IMG/VR virus record: IMGVR_UViG_3300009684_000137
Coordinates: 1 to 27,987 of that record
Length of the DNA stretch: 27,987 nt
Source: a virus
Taxonomy: Duplodnaviria > Caudoviricetes
Strand: one strand, 5' to 3'
The notes beneath the pieces are model-generated. The model had not been told where the DNA came from. It did no database searches and saw nothing but the letters and a program-made list of their open reading frames with translations. The position numbers and the translations under genes are program-made. Positions 1-9,400 of the stretch are shown here, piece after piece (the stretch's first letter is position 1; the number at the start of each line of letters is the position of its first letter).

Positions 1-267
1 GGTCAGAAAATTCTCAACCCTACGTTCGGGTTAGATTTGAGAATGTATTTATTTGAACCTATAAATGAGAGTACTGCATTCTTTATTAGAGACGACATAT
101 TTAACAATCTATCTAAGTATGAACCGAGAGTGGTTGTAAAGAGAGTATCTGTTATTCCTAATATAGATGAACAACTATATGAAATTACATTACAAATAGA
201 TGTTCCACAGCTAAATATATATGGGGTATCTATTAAGAATATATTAAATAGTGAAGGCTATATTTAA
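1..267 (+). CDS. gp25: Baseplate wedge subunit, T4 gp25-like (5' partial; frame open from base 1)
   Basis: Frame 1 reads GQKILNPTFGLDLRMYLFEP...LSKYEPRVVV, matching the gp25/GPW 'GE(R/K)xxxPxFGxxL..LFE' and 'EPRV' motifs. It lies directly upstream of gp6. Confidence 0.9.
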   Translation, partial: GQKILNPTFGLDLRMYLFEPINESTAFFIRDDIFNNLSKYEPRVVVKRVSVIPNIDEQLYEITLQIDVPQLNIYGVSIKNILNSEGYI

Positions 268-269
268 CT

Positions 270-2084
270 ATGATCAAGGAACAACTGACAGATTATAAAC
301 TACCGCAAGACGCTTATGTAGCGTTTGACGCTCTCTCTTTGAAAGATTATATCATTTCAAGATTGAGTAAGAATGAATTTTTTACTGATCAGGTTTATGA
401 GGGAAGCAATCTATCTTCTATAATTGACATTATTGCTTATTCGTACCATGTTCTTCTTTTCTATCTAAATGATACTGCCTCAGAATCAACATTTTCTCAA
501 GCTACTCTATATGAGAATATGAATAAGATTGTAAACCTGATAGGTTATAAGCCTACTGGCAGACAAACTTCTATATGTTCAATTAACGCAACTGGCGGTA
601 CAGGTCTAGCAGTAGGTAATTACTACATTAGACGATTTTCATACTTCCTAGCCGATGGTATACAATATACGTTCTTAAAAGATTATAACTTTTCAAAAAC
701 AACTGCTAATGCTGAATCGTTAGAAGCGCTTAATAACAACGCTATACTATATCAAGGTACAGTTCAACAATATCCAACATATACAGCTACGGGTATTAAT
801 TATGAAACACTCCCAATAGTTGTAACAAACATTGTAGACCAACAAGTAGAAAGGTTTATCTCTAGCGGTACTATAGCTGTATATGTAAAAGAAAAAAACA
901 GCGGTACATATAAAGAATATCTTGAAGTTGATAACCTATATCTTTCTGATAGTGGTAGTCGTGTATACGACTTAAGAATTAACGAGAATGGCAATTACGA
1001 AGTAAAATTTGGTAATGGTATTTTCGGAAGACGATTAGAAGAAGGTGATGAAGTAGTTATATACTATATTCTTAGTGATAATGTTAATGGATTAATTTCT
1101 GCTAACACTTTGAATGGTAATAAGATCTTTACATATTCTACAGCTCTATTTGAAACAATATACTCTCAAATAACAACTGAAGACTCAACTCTTGTTACTA
1201 ATACAGTTAGTGCTGACATAACATTTAACAATCTTACTGATTCTACTTTCATAAGTAATTCAGAATCGGTTGATGACATAAGAAATAATGTTCCAAAATT
1301 TGTATCTTCTAATCAACGTTTAGTAACAACAGAAGACTTTACATCTTTCTTCGAAAAAGAGCTATCAAACATAGCTCAATCGGTATATGTAGCTTCTAAC
1401 AAAGAATTTATTGATTCTTATGTGAAGTACTTCTACGATATTAGTGTTGATCCGACTAAAGTAAACAGAGTATTAATTAACCAAGTTAATTTTGCAGATA
1501 GCTGTGATTTTAACAATGTTAATGTGTTCTGTGTACCTAAGTTTAGTATAGTAAGCAACAATACACTTAACTATGTACCAACATCGTTCAAGAATCTTAT
1601 TGTTGACATGGCTCAAAGTAAGAAGGTAGTAGGTATGGAGATAGTACCTCGTGATCCTGTATATGTAACATTTAAGTTTGGCATTACTAATCAGCAGATC
1701 GTTACACCAAGCATAGCAGACAGTTGTAAATTAGTTGTTGTTCGTGAGGCATCTAATAAGGTACAAAAAGATACATTAAAAAATCGTGTTGCAGGCATTA
1801 TTACAAGTTTCTTTGACTTAAAGAATAACAATCTTGGTCAGAACGTCAGTATACGCTCACTTACTTCACAAATCTTAAGTGTTATGGGTGTTCGTTCTGT
1901 TAAAACTGTTAATACTGCAGAAAATGTAACATTCCAAGGTATTTCTTTCATTGTTTGGAATCCTATTTATGCAACAGATGATATTGTAGTTATGAATCAA
2001 GATACTACACTACCATTTTTTAAATTCCCATATTTTAATTCACCAGAGACGATAACTAACTTTATAGAAGTTGTAGATGAGTAA
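270..2084 (+). CDS. gp6: Baseplate wedge subunit, T4 gp6-like
   Basis: 604 aa with FTDQVYEGSNLSSIIDIIAY, ESTFSQATLYENM..IVNLIGYKP, YEVKFGNGIFGRRL and ESVDDIR..P....SNQRLVTTEDF, all gp6/baseplate-J-type motifs. Follows gp25. Confidence 0.92.
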   Translation: MIKEQLTDYKLPQDAYVAFDALSLKDYIISRLSKNEFFTDQVYEGSNLSSIIDIIAYSYHVLLFYLNDTASESTFSQATLYENMNKIVNLIGYKPTGRQTSICSINATGGTGLAVGNYYIRRFSYFLADGIQYTFLKDYNFSKTTANAESLEALNNNAILYQGTVQQYPTYTATGINYETLPIVVTNIVDQQVERFISSGTIAVYVKEKNSGTYKEYLEVDNLYLSDSGSRVYDLRINENGNYEVKFGNGIFGRRLEEGDEVVIYYILSDNVNGLISANTLNGNKIFTYSTALFETIYSQITTEDSTLVTNTVSADITFNNLTDSTFISNSESVDDIRNNVPKFVSSNQRLVTTEDFTSFFEKELSNIAQSVYVASNKEFIDSYVKYFYDISVDPTKVNRVLINQVNFADSCDFNNVNVFCVPKFSIVSNNTLNYVPTSFKNLIVDMAQSKKVVGMEIVPRDPVYVTFKFGITNQQIVTPSIADSCKLVVVREASNKVQKDTLKNRVAGIITSFFDLKNNNLGQNVSIRSLTSQILSVMGVRSVKTVNTAENVTFQGISFIVWNPIYATDDIVVMNQDTTLPFFKFPYFNSPETITNFIEVVDE

Positions 2085-4179
2085 TATAAATTCAACATAT
2101 GCGGATTTTAACGTTGTAGACTATCAAAATAACACTACATCGTTATCATCTTACTGTCTATCTATTACACCACTGACGTTTGTACCCATTATACCGTCTA
2201 GCTTTGGTGAAAGTGTACGTGTAGTCTGGGATTTTGGTGATACACAAAGCTCTACTACACTATCACCTACACATATATACAGTACTCCAGGCGCTTATGC
2301 AGTAAAATTATTTGTTTATGATAAGTTTAATCAAGCAAACCTTGCTAGTATATCTAAAACAGTAATCATTAAAGATTATATTGAAGATACTTTTAAAATA
2401 AACACTTTTAACTTAGCATTAAATTGTGGTAAATTATCTAATAGCATACAAATAACTCAAACCTTACCATACTATTACACTAATTCAACAATAAATTATA
2501 CAGTATCAGGCTCAAAATCAACTAGCTACTCAGAATTTGAACCATATAAGTATAACCACCTCAAGCGTTACAACTCTTTATTAACTAAGAACTTTATACC
2601 TTCAAGTAATAGCTACGAATTAGTAGAAGCTAATTCTATTAGCTTACCTTTAACTGCAATATATGTAAAATTAACTAACAATGCACTTCAACAATCACTT
2701 ACGGGTGATAATAGTTCTATTATCGTAGGTTTTTCTGGTATAGGTACGTACTATTACCGAGATGACTTACCTACTAACAAGTTTAATTTAGTTTTAAGTA
2801 GACAGTATGGTAATATTAATAATCCACTTAACGTAACTCTTTCAGGAGCTGTAGTTGAGAATAGTGACATATCTAAACTTTCAATTACGTCTAATGGCGT
2901 TGATGGTGATAGTGAACCTCTTTCAACATTTAACATCAATACTACTAAGTTTAATAACTCAAAAATACATTTTGTTATTAAGTTAAAGGATAGTAATAAC
3001 AATACTATTAAGAATGTTAACCCACTCACCTTAAATGGGTTAAGTTCTAATCAAATTCAAGTTAACTTAGTTAAAAATGGCGATGCACTAAGCACAACGA
3101 CATATGTTATTAGTAGCTTACAAAGTACATTAACAGCACTGTCATCTGGTGGTTATTTTAGAGGCTACCTCGAATATACAAGTGATTTAACTGAACCACT
3201 AACAGGTGTTGCTTTAAGTGCTATAGCTACTTCAATTAAAACAATAAGTGGAACTTCAATTAATGGATCTTTTAATGGTTTATCTAATACATTTGATATA
3301 TACCCATACGATTATTTTAAACTCTACAAAAAAGGTGAAGACTTCGACGGTGAGGCAATGTATAAGAGTTTGAGATTTCAAGAAACTCTACTTGATAAGG
3401 AAATATTCTTCGGTGATTTCCTTGGAAGTATATTTGGCGATGCAAACTCAGATATTGAAGCATTAAGTAAGAAGATAAATGAAAGAATATCTAATTTTGT
3501 TGATAACACTACTAATATTGACACGGCTGAAATTATAAGATTATTATCTATGAGTCAGATGCTAGATAATTCAAATACAATTTTCGATCAAAATCTAGCT
3601 AACTTCCCTAACAAGATACAACGCTTAGTTAGCTTACTATCTATAAAGGATAGTAAGTTGTTTGGTATTCAGAATAAGTTTGCTGAGAATTTTAATAGTC
3701 TAGGTAGAACAACAAACGACATATACGGCAGAAATCTCGGTACTAAAATAGACCCATACACATACGTAGTGTCACCTACAGATAACATTGTAGCGTATGA
3801 AAAATTTAGTAGAAAATACATCTTACTAAACACATACCAACCATTACAGGGTGTTATTACGTCTCCAACACTTGATACTGAATCGAGTTTATCTTTATTA
3901 ACTGAGAGTAATGATGATATACTAACTGAAGGAGTGTATTTTATAAAAGACTATAACAATACATGGGGATGGCCGTTGATATTACCTCAGAACTTTACGT
4001 CAGCTAATATTGATACTTTTTATGAGTTCTATACGTTTGTTAATGTATATGATGATAAATACATTGGTGGTGTGTTAGATATGAATCTTACAAACGTAAC
4101 ACCGAGTACTAATGATAATGTATACAATACAATTATACTTGATACACTATATCAGTCGCTTTCTCTCAATACAAACTAA
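2077..4179 (+). CDS. Baseplate protein with N-terminal PKD (Ig-like) domain; probable gp7/P2 gpI-like wedge component
   Basis: PKD motif VVWDFGD...SPTHIYSTPGAYAVKLFV. The helical segment FFGDFLGSIFG...NIDTAEIIRLLSMSQML resembles gp7/gpI cores, and the gene follows gp6 (8-nt overlap). The gp7 call is inference. Confidence 0.6.
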   Translation: MSNINSTYADFNVVDYQNNTTSLSSYCLSITPLTFVPIIPSSFGESVRVVWDFGDTQSSTTLSPTHIYSTPGAYAVKLFVYDKFNQANLASISKTVIIKDYIEDTFKINTFNLALNCGKLSNSIQITQTLPYYYTNSTINYTVSGSKSTSYSEFEPYKYNHLKRYNSLLTKNFIPSSNSYELVEANSISLPLTAIYVKLTNNALQQSLTGDNSSIIVGFSGIGTYYYRDDLPTNKFNLVLSRQYGNINNPLNVTLSGAVVENSDISKLSITSNGVDGDSEPLSTFNINTTKFNNSKIHFVIKLKDSNNNTIKNVNPLTLNGLSSNQIQVNLVKNGDALSTTTYVISSLQSTLTALSSGGYFRGYLEYTSDLTEPLTGVALSAIATSIKTISGTSINGSFNGLSNTFDIYPYDYFKLYKKGEDFDGEAMYKSLRFQETLLDKEIFFGDFLGSIFGDANSDIEALSKKINERISNFVDNTTNIDTAEIIRLLSMSQMLDNSNTIFDQNLANFPNKIQRLVSLLSIKDSKLFGIQNKFAENFNSLGRTTNDIYGRNLGTKIDPYTYVVSPTDNIVAYEKFSRKYILLNTYQPLQGVITSPTLDTESSLSLLTESNDDILTEGVYFIKDYNNTWGWPLILPQNFTSANIDTFYEFYTFVNVYDDKYIGGVLDMNLTNVTPSTNDNVYNTIILDTLYQSLSLNTN

Positions 4180-4182
4180 ATA
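4177..4182 (+). promoter_or_regulatory. T4-like late promoter core TAAATA
   Basis: ACTAAATA; the core ends 6 nt before ATG 4189. Confidence 0.6.
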
Positions 4183-4188
4183 ACTTTA

Positions 4189-6312
4189 ATGCTCACACTA
4201 GGGTTTCCACCAGTTCCTTTCTCTATTACAAATGTGAATGTCGATAGACGTTTTGCTAAGGATGGTACTAGTCCGTTTAGTTTGTTAGAGTTTATTAAGA
4301 CAGTTGCTAACTTAGTTAATTCAAATAACGTTACCACTTATTATAATCATTATATTACTACATGGAATAATTTTAAGAATAAGAAGACCTCTACTTCTGA
4401 TATCTTAATTGTAGAAGGTTATCGTTCATTTGTTAAAGACTTAACTCTTAACTACAATAGTGCAGCTGAGAATAAGTTTTTATCTAACATAGATTATTCC
4501 GATCCCTATGATCTTGATGTAGCTACAAAATTTATTGCAGCTAAGATTAAATCTATAGCTGACTATTACCGTGATAAGCGTGAAGAGGTTAAGCTAGAGC
4601 CTATAAGAAAAAAGTATAAAGCTTCATCTAAAGGCTTTGTAAGTTCTATTAAAGAGAGGATAATAGAGTTTCTTGCTAATAATGCTAATCAAACAATTGT
4701 ATCAGATATTGATACAATAGCGAGTAAGCTTAACGTTAACGTTGATCCATTATATGATGCTGAGACAGGCTACTTTAACAAACAACCTGATCAGAGCGTT
4801 TATGGTTTGTATGATAGAGATTACAATGAAGATATATTTCTCAAGAGTAATACAGAATTAGTATCTAAAGTATTTGCAGGCTTATCAACTACTGATCGAA
4901 TTTTACAAGAAGTAGATGATGTATTTGATGATAAACGTGAACTTACTAAGAAATATATGGGTACAGATTTTTTCTATATATCTGCTACGCCTGTAATTAG
5001 CAATGTACCAGTTCTTAATGTACAGTCAAATACTAGTGTTAGATATAACACTGAGTTTATTAAAGTACTTACAACTACTTTACCTGTATCTGCTACTAGC
5101 ACTACATTACCTGCATCTGCTAGCACTACTTCACTACCTCCAGGTCCTCCAGGTACTAGCACTACTTCACCACCACCTACTTTACCTCCAGGTACTAGCA
5201 CTACTTCACCTCCAACTACTTTACCTCCAGCTACTAGCACTACTTTACCTCCTCCAGCTACACTACCTCCATTTGTATTTAATGATCGTAAGTATTCATG
5301 TGTTAACTTTAACTGTCTAAGTAGAAGAGATGGTAAGTTTAAAACGAAAGCAGAATGTCAAGCTTCTTGTAAAAAACCTGAGCCACCACCACCTCCGACA
5401 CCACCACCGGGCGGCGATGGTGGTAAACCACCTGGAGGCGGTGGTGGTAAACCACCTGGAGGCGGTGGTGGTTGTGGTTGTAAGAGCATTCTGCTTTTTA
5501 GTTCTGGACCGGTTACAACAGACAAAAGAAACATAGAGTGTCTTAATGAAGGTGAAACAATAGATTATTTCGTAGACGATATAGTATCGTTTACTTGTAC
5601 TGATCCAAACTATAAATTCATCGACCTCCGTAAATCACCCAATGCAGCTGTCGAAACTATTGTAACTCCACATTTAACTGGCGCTAGCTATAGGCATAAG
5701 TTTCAACTTGGTTGTCTGTCAGACACTGTCAATGGTAATCCAGACATTGATACCTCTACAATGTATGGTATGGATATTATACATGTTCCAACTAAGAAAG
5801 TAACAGGTTGTAGTTATTTTATAACAGGTGATACTGGCCACCCGTCCGGAGACGTCGCTGCCGAGCCAATAACTTATGTCGGGCCTGGTCGTAATGAGTT
5901 TATTCTCAAAAAATATAAATGCTGTGGCGGTAAGCCTAATCCAACTACATCACCTAATCCAACTACATCAACTACTCTCTGTCCTGAGTGTGACGGGCCT
6001 CCTGATCCGCCGCCGCCACCGCCACCTGAGCCTACATTGTCACCTACTGGGTCAACCACTAATCCACCTACTGGGTCAACCACTAATCCACCTACTGGGT
6101 CAACCACTAATCCACCTACTGGGCCAACCACTGACTGTCCTCCATGCTCGGATGGTGGTAGTGGATCTGATTCAACTAAAAGAGGTAGACCTAAACCATA
6201 TGTAGTAAAGGGTGACCCACCTACTCTACCACCACCAACTACGTCAACAGAACCGTCGGTGCAACCACCTAATCAACCGTACAGTAATGGTGGCCCATTC
6301 CAACTCGTGTAA
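4189..6312 (+). CDS. Virion structural protein: globular N-terminal ~265 aa plus mucin-like Pro/Thr/Ser-rich, Gly-rich and Cys-rich C-terminal region
   Basis: 707-aa ORF with a late promoter, in the baseplate cluster. The C-terminal part has STTLPP repeats, GGGGKPPG repeats, PPTGSTTN repeats and the Cys module YSCVNFNC...FKTKAECQASC. Confidence 0.75.
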   Translation: MLTLGFPPVPFSITNVNVDRRFAKDGTSPFSLLEFIKTVANLVNSNNVTTYYNHYITTWNNFKNKKTSTSDILIVEGYRSFVKDLTLNYNSAAENKFLSNIDYSDPYDLDVATKFIAAKIKSIADYYRDKREEVKLEPIRKKYKASSKGFVSSIKERIIEFLANNANQTIVSDIDTIASKLNVNVDPLYDAETGYFNKQPDQSVYGLYDRDYNEDIFLKSNTELVSKVFAGLSTTDRILQEVDDVFDDKRELTKKYMGTDFFYISATPVISNVPVLNVQSNTSVRYNTEFIKVLTTTLPVSATSTTLPASASTTSLPPGPPGTSTTSPPPTLPPGTSTTSPPTTLPPATSTTLPPPATLPPFVFNDRKYSCVNFNCLSRRDGKFKTKAECQASCKKPEPPPPPTPPPGGDGGKPPGGGGGKPPGGGGGCGCKSILLFSSGPVTTDKRNIECLNEGETIDYFVDDIVSFTCTDPNYKFIDLRKSPNAAVETIVTPHLTGASYRHKFQLGCLSDTVNGNPDIDTSTMYGMDIIHVPTKKVTGCSYFITGDTGHPSGDVAAEPITYVGPGRNEFILKKYKCCGGKPNPTTSPNPTTSTTLCPECDGPPDPPPPPPPEPTLSPTGSTTNPPTGSTTNPPTGSTTNPPTGPTTDCPPCSDGGSGSDSTKRGRPKPYVVKGDPPTLPPPTTSTEPSVQPPNQPYSNGGPFQLV
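5086..5271 (+). repeat. Imperfect coding tandem repeats (ACTAGCACTACT/TTACCTCCA units encoding TSTT/LPP)
   Basis: Recurring actagcactact and ttacctccag units encode SATSTTLPASASTTSLPPGPPGTSTTSPPPTLPPGTSTTSPPTTLPPATSTTLPPP. Confidence 0.85.
5413..5472 (+). repeat. 24-bp coding tandem repeat x2.5 (GGGGKPPG)
   Basis: ggcgatggtggtaaaccacctgga (5413-5436), ggcggtggtggtaaaccacctgga (5437-5460), ggcggtggtggt (5461-5472). Confidence 0.9.
5935..5970 (+). repeat. 18-bp perfect tandem duplication (PNPTTS x2)
   Basis: cctaatccaactacatca at 5935-5952 and 5953-5970. Confidence 0.9.
6041..6132 (+). repeat. 24-bp coding tandem repeat x3.8 (PTGSTTNP)
   Basis: cacctactgggtcaaccactaatc at 6041, 6065 and 6089 (identical), plus a partial copy at 6113-6132 with one mismatch. 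Confidence 0.95.
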
Positions 6313-6355
6313 AATAATTAACCTTAGGGGTGTAATATATATGTAACGCCTGTTC

Positions 6356-6441
6356 CCAGGTAAAGTTGTTACATTTTAAATGTACATTATAATAATGCAA
6401 TAGATAATAATTTTAATATTTATCTAAATGGCACTTACTAA
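6356..6441 (+). pseudogene. Possible decayed coding remnant in the 6313-6479 gap
   Basis: Broken reading PGKVVTF*M, then a frameshift, then HYNNAIDNNFNIYLNGTY*. It looks like an eroded beta-rich virion-protein domain. Confidence 0.35.
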
Positions 6442-6465
6442 TGCTGTAGAGATATTAGCTCTGGC

Positions 6466-6473
6466 TATAAATA
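6466..6473 (+). promoter_or_regulatory. T4 late promoter TATAAATA
   Basis: Perfect T4 gp55 consensus, ending 6 nt before ATG 6480. Confidence 0.8.
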
Positions 6474-6479
6474 TACATA

Positions 6480-9400
6480 ATGAGTGATGTTGTTGTAAGT
6501 AATACAATTTTAGACTACTCTCTAGTGAGGTACTATAATATACCTCACACAACTGTAGTTAATTTTTGTGCTGGATTTTTATTTCCTAATAATAAAGATT
6601 TAGTTAAAGCTGTTTGGGATTTTGGTGATGGTAATTCTGCAGTTATAACACTACCAAGCTCATCATATAGCAGTATTCTCAGCTCAATAAATAATGTATC
6701 TAATTTTTTTCCTAGCTGGACTACTACTACTGCTGAAGATAAGAGTGTACTTATACCGAAATTTGATACGATTTACACATACAATGCAGACGGCAATTAT
6801 ATTGTTAATGTAACACTGATAGATAGCAGCGGTGTAAGCTATACTGGTGAATCTATTACAGTAACAGTTGCATCTACTAACAAAATATACACAGTTCCAG
6901 CTAGTTGGGATACTATATCACAGACCTATACAGTAGGTACTGATGTAAATTACTTATTAGCTGATGGTCAGCCTGCTGTAACAACAGTTGCATCTTCTGT
7001 TTCAAGCTTACCGTTAACTGTAGGTTATGAAATAAAAAATATCAACCGTTTAGATATTGATTATATTGAATGGTCTTTTGGTGATGGTACGGTAGATGTT
7101 ACAAGTGTTTTTGGTTCCCCTATAACTACAGATATTTCTCGTAATAACTACACATATAGACTTTTACCATCACAATTGGTCTATGTACCGCAGGTAACTT
7201 TATACTTTAATAATAAAACAAAGTATAAAGTTCAGGTACCAACACTACCATTGTTAGATACATCGAATATTTGTTTCGGTATTGCTGATAGTAATCAAAG
7301 CGAGGTGCTAGCTACGGCACCTTTCAATATAACACCTGTACTTAGCTATGATTTACCTGTTGAGGTTAAATTCATCAGTGTAATTGACAAAGGCTTAAAA
7401 TATATTATATGGAATTACAGTGATAGTGAATATAATGTTGTACCTGTAACCTATACTGATAGCCTTAGCAATATGGTACAAGTTCAGGAAGTTACTCATA
7501 AGTATACTTCAGTAAACTACTATGGATTTTATCCAACATGCTTGTTTATATATGATAATAATGGAAGTTATTCTGCAAAAAGCTTTAAACCATCTAAACT
7601 TCTCAACTATCAATTAGGTCTTATTAATAATAAGCCAGATAGTAACGGAAATGCTGCTACAGGCAATAATTACTATATCTTTAGTACTACTAACTACGAA
7701 AAATATCAACGAATAAGTTCATTAGTTGAATATCCACCAACTAACACAGGTTTCGCTACATTACATTTAAGATTAAGCTTAGAACTAACAGATCAAATAT
7801 TATACTTTGAAAAAATTGTATGGAAAGTTGGTAATAGAAAGATTACACAAGATAAAAATACATCTGAAAGCTTTGGTAAGTTAACAATACCTAATATACC
7901 TACTTCAAGCACTTTAAATACGCCGATAGATATAACTGCTACACTATACGGTATTCCTGCTATATTTGCTGATGCTACTGGTGATAATTTCATGGTTGAG
8001 TACGACTCTTATAGTCGTCCCGTGTATGTAAATGATAAAGATTATCAAGAGTCGATTAACGAAGAATCTAAAACTACTATAGCTCAAGGGCCAATTACTC
8101 CACCGACAATCATAACGACCGATTTAGGTGTTGAGATAATAACACCTATTATTGACACAAATGTAGTCGTTGTAGAAGAAGAAGTGCCTGTATACATTGG
8201 TAGTAACATTGTTTTTGAAAAGTTATTCACCGCTACTAACCCTATTGGTAATTTCTTAAACAGATACTACCCTACTGTAGCGTCTTCCCCGTCTAATAAC
8301 TTTGTAACTAAGCGTGTTATAGGGTTCTTTAGACCTAGTAAGACTACACCAGTCGTTGTTGATCCTGGTAAGTTTACATTTACCATAAATCTTGAATCAC
8401 TTGAATATAACAAACCTTATTACTTCCCTGACCCTTACAAATACGGGAGTAACATCGAGGTTATTGATTTCTTCTCACTTACTCAATCGTTTAAGAATAA
8501 TGCTAGATTAGGTTACGCTCGTAACGAGCCGAATCAACCTGCTGATAGCGTATCTTTTTATGGTTATAACTCTTCTAAGTCAAAGAATCTCAAATCTATC
8601 GTTGATAGCGGTTATTTTCACGATGAAAAGGAAGACATTTACGGAAACGTATACGGGTTACTTAAAGATAATAACAATTTTAGACAGAATATTAATTTAA
8701 CTGAAGTAAAGGAAGTTTTATACTTACAACTCAACGGTTACAAGTTCTACGATGATATTTTTGGTGAGAATAAGAGTTTTAACTATGCATTAACAGGTAT
8801 TCTTAATACTCAAACTATACGCTCAGGTCTATCTACTGTTACAAATGGATTTTCTGCCCGCTCATCACAGTATTACACACTAAACTTTGGTGATTTTAAA
8901 CATATTACTGAATTTATATCACCAACTGAGGTTATAGATATTAATACACAGTATCTACACCCTGCTTCAGTTGGTATTCGTGATGGTGCATATTTTACAC
9001 TTAACGATACCGGACGCTTACCTGATCCTATACGATCTGACTTATCTAGCTTCCCTGGAACTGGCACATATTACTTTAGTACTCTTCTCGAAGCAGGTGT
9101 AAATACAGCTGTACCATATACAAGACCAACCTTTCCTACTTTATCAGCTACATTCACACAATCTGTTAGAGTATCTGCAAATAATGGTGTAATAGATGTT
9201 GACGGTGGTTCATTCTTAACGAATTACAACACTACAGAGAGTTTCTACAGTCTGACTGAAAAGGCTTATGTAGATAGTGTTGATCCTAAAGCTGTTACTA
9301 CATACACAACTAATACTACAATATCAACTAACAGTATAGTTGAACGTAATAGCCTATTAGGTTCTGTAGTTGTAGGTGATGCTATGGGTAATTATGATAA

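Noticed and set aside
243-250. ATTAAATA as the gp6 late promoter
   Set aside because: It lies 19 nt from the ATG, inside gp25 coding sequence, and does not fit the 5-6 nt pattern. It could be chance in AT-rich DNA, so it was not called.
6041-6132. 24-bp direct repeats as a CRISPR array
   Set aside because: The units are contiguous with no spacers, are a multiple of 3 and lie in frame within a coding gene; there are no cas genes.
4974-6205. Alternative-frame ORFs 4974-5240 (-), 5003-5320, 5330-5536, 5874-6131 (-) and 5876-6205 (Leu/His- or Val/Gly-rich)
   Set aside because: These are shadows of the CCA/CCT/ACT codon repeats in ORF 4189, which deplete stop codons in other frames. None has independent expression signals.
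6307-6482. Translational bypass or read-through joining ORF 4189 and ORF 6480 (T4 gene 60-like)
   Set aside because: There is an in-frame TAA at 6468, just upstream of ATG 6480, no matching landing codon, and the downstream gene has its own perfect late promoter.
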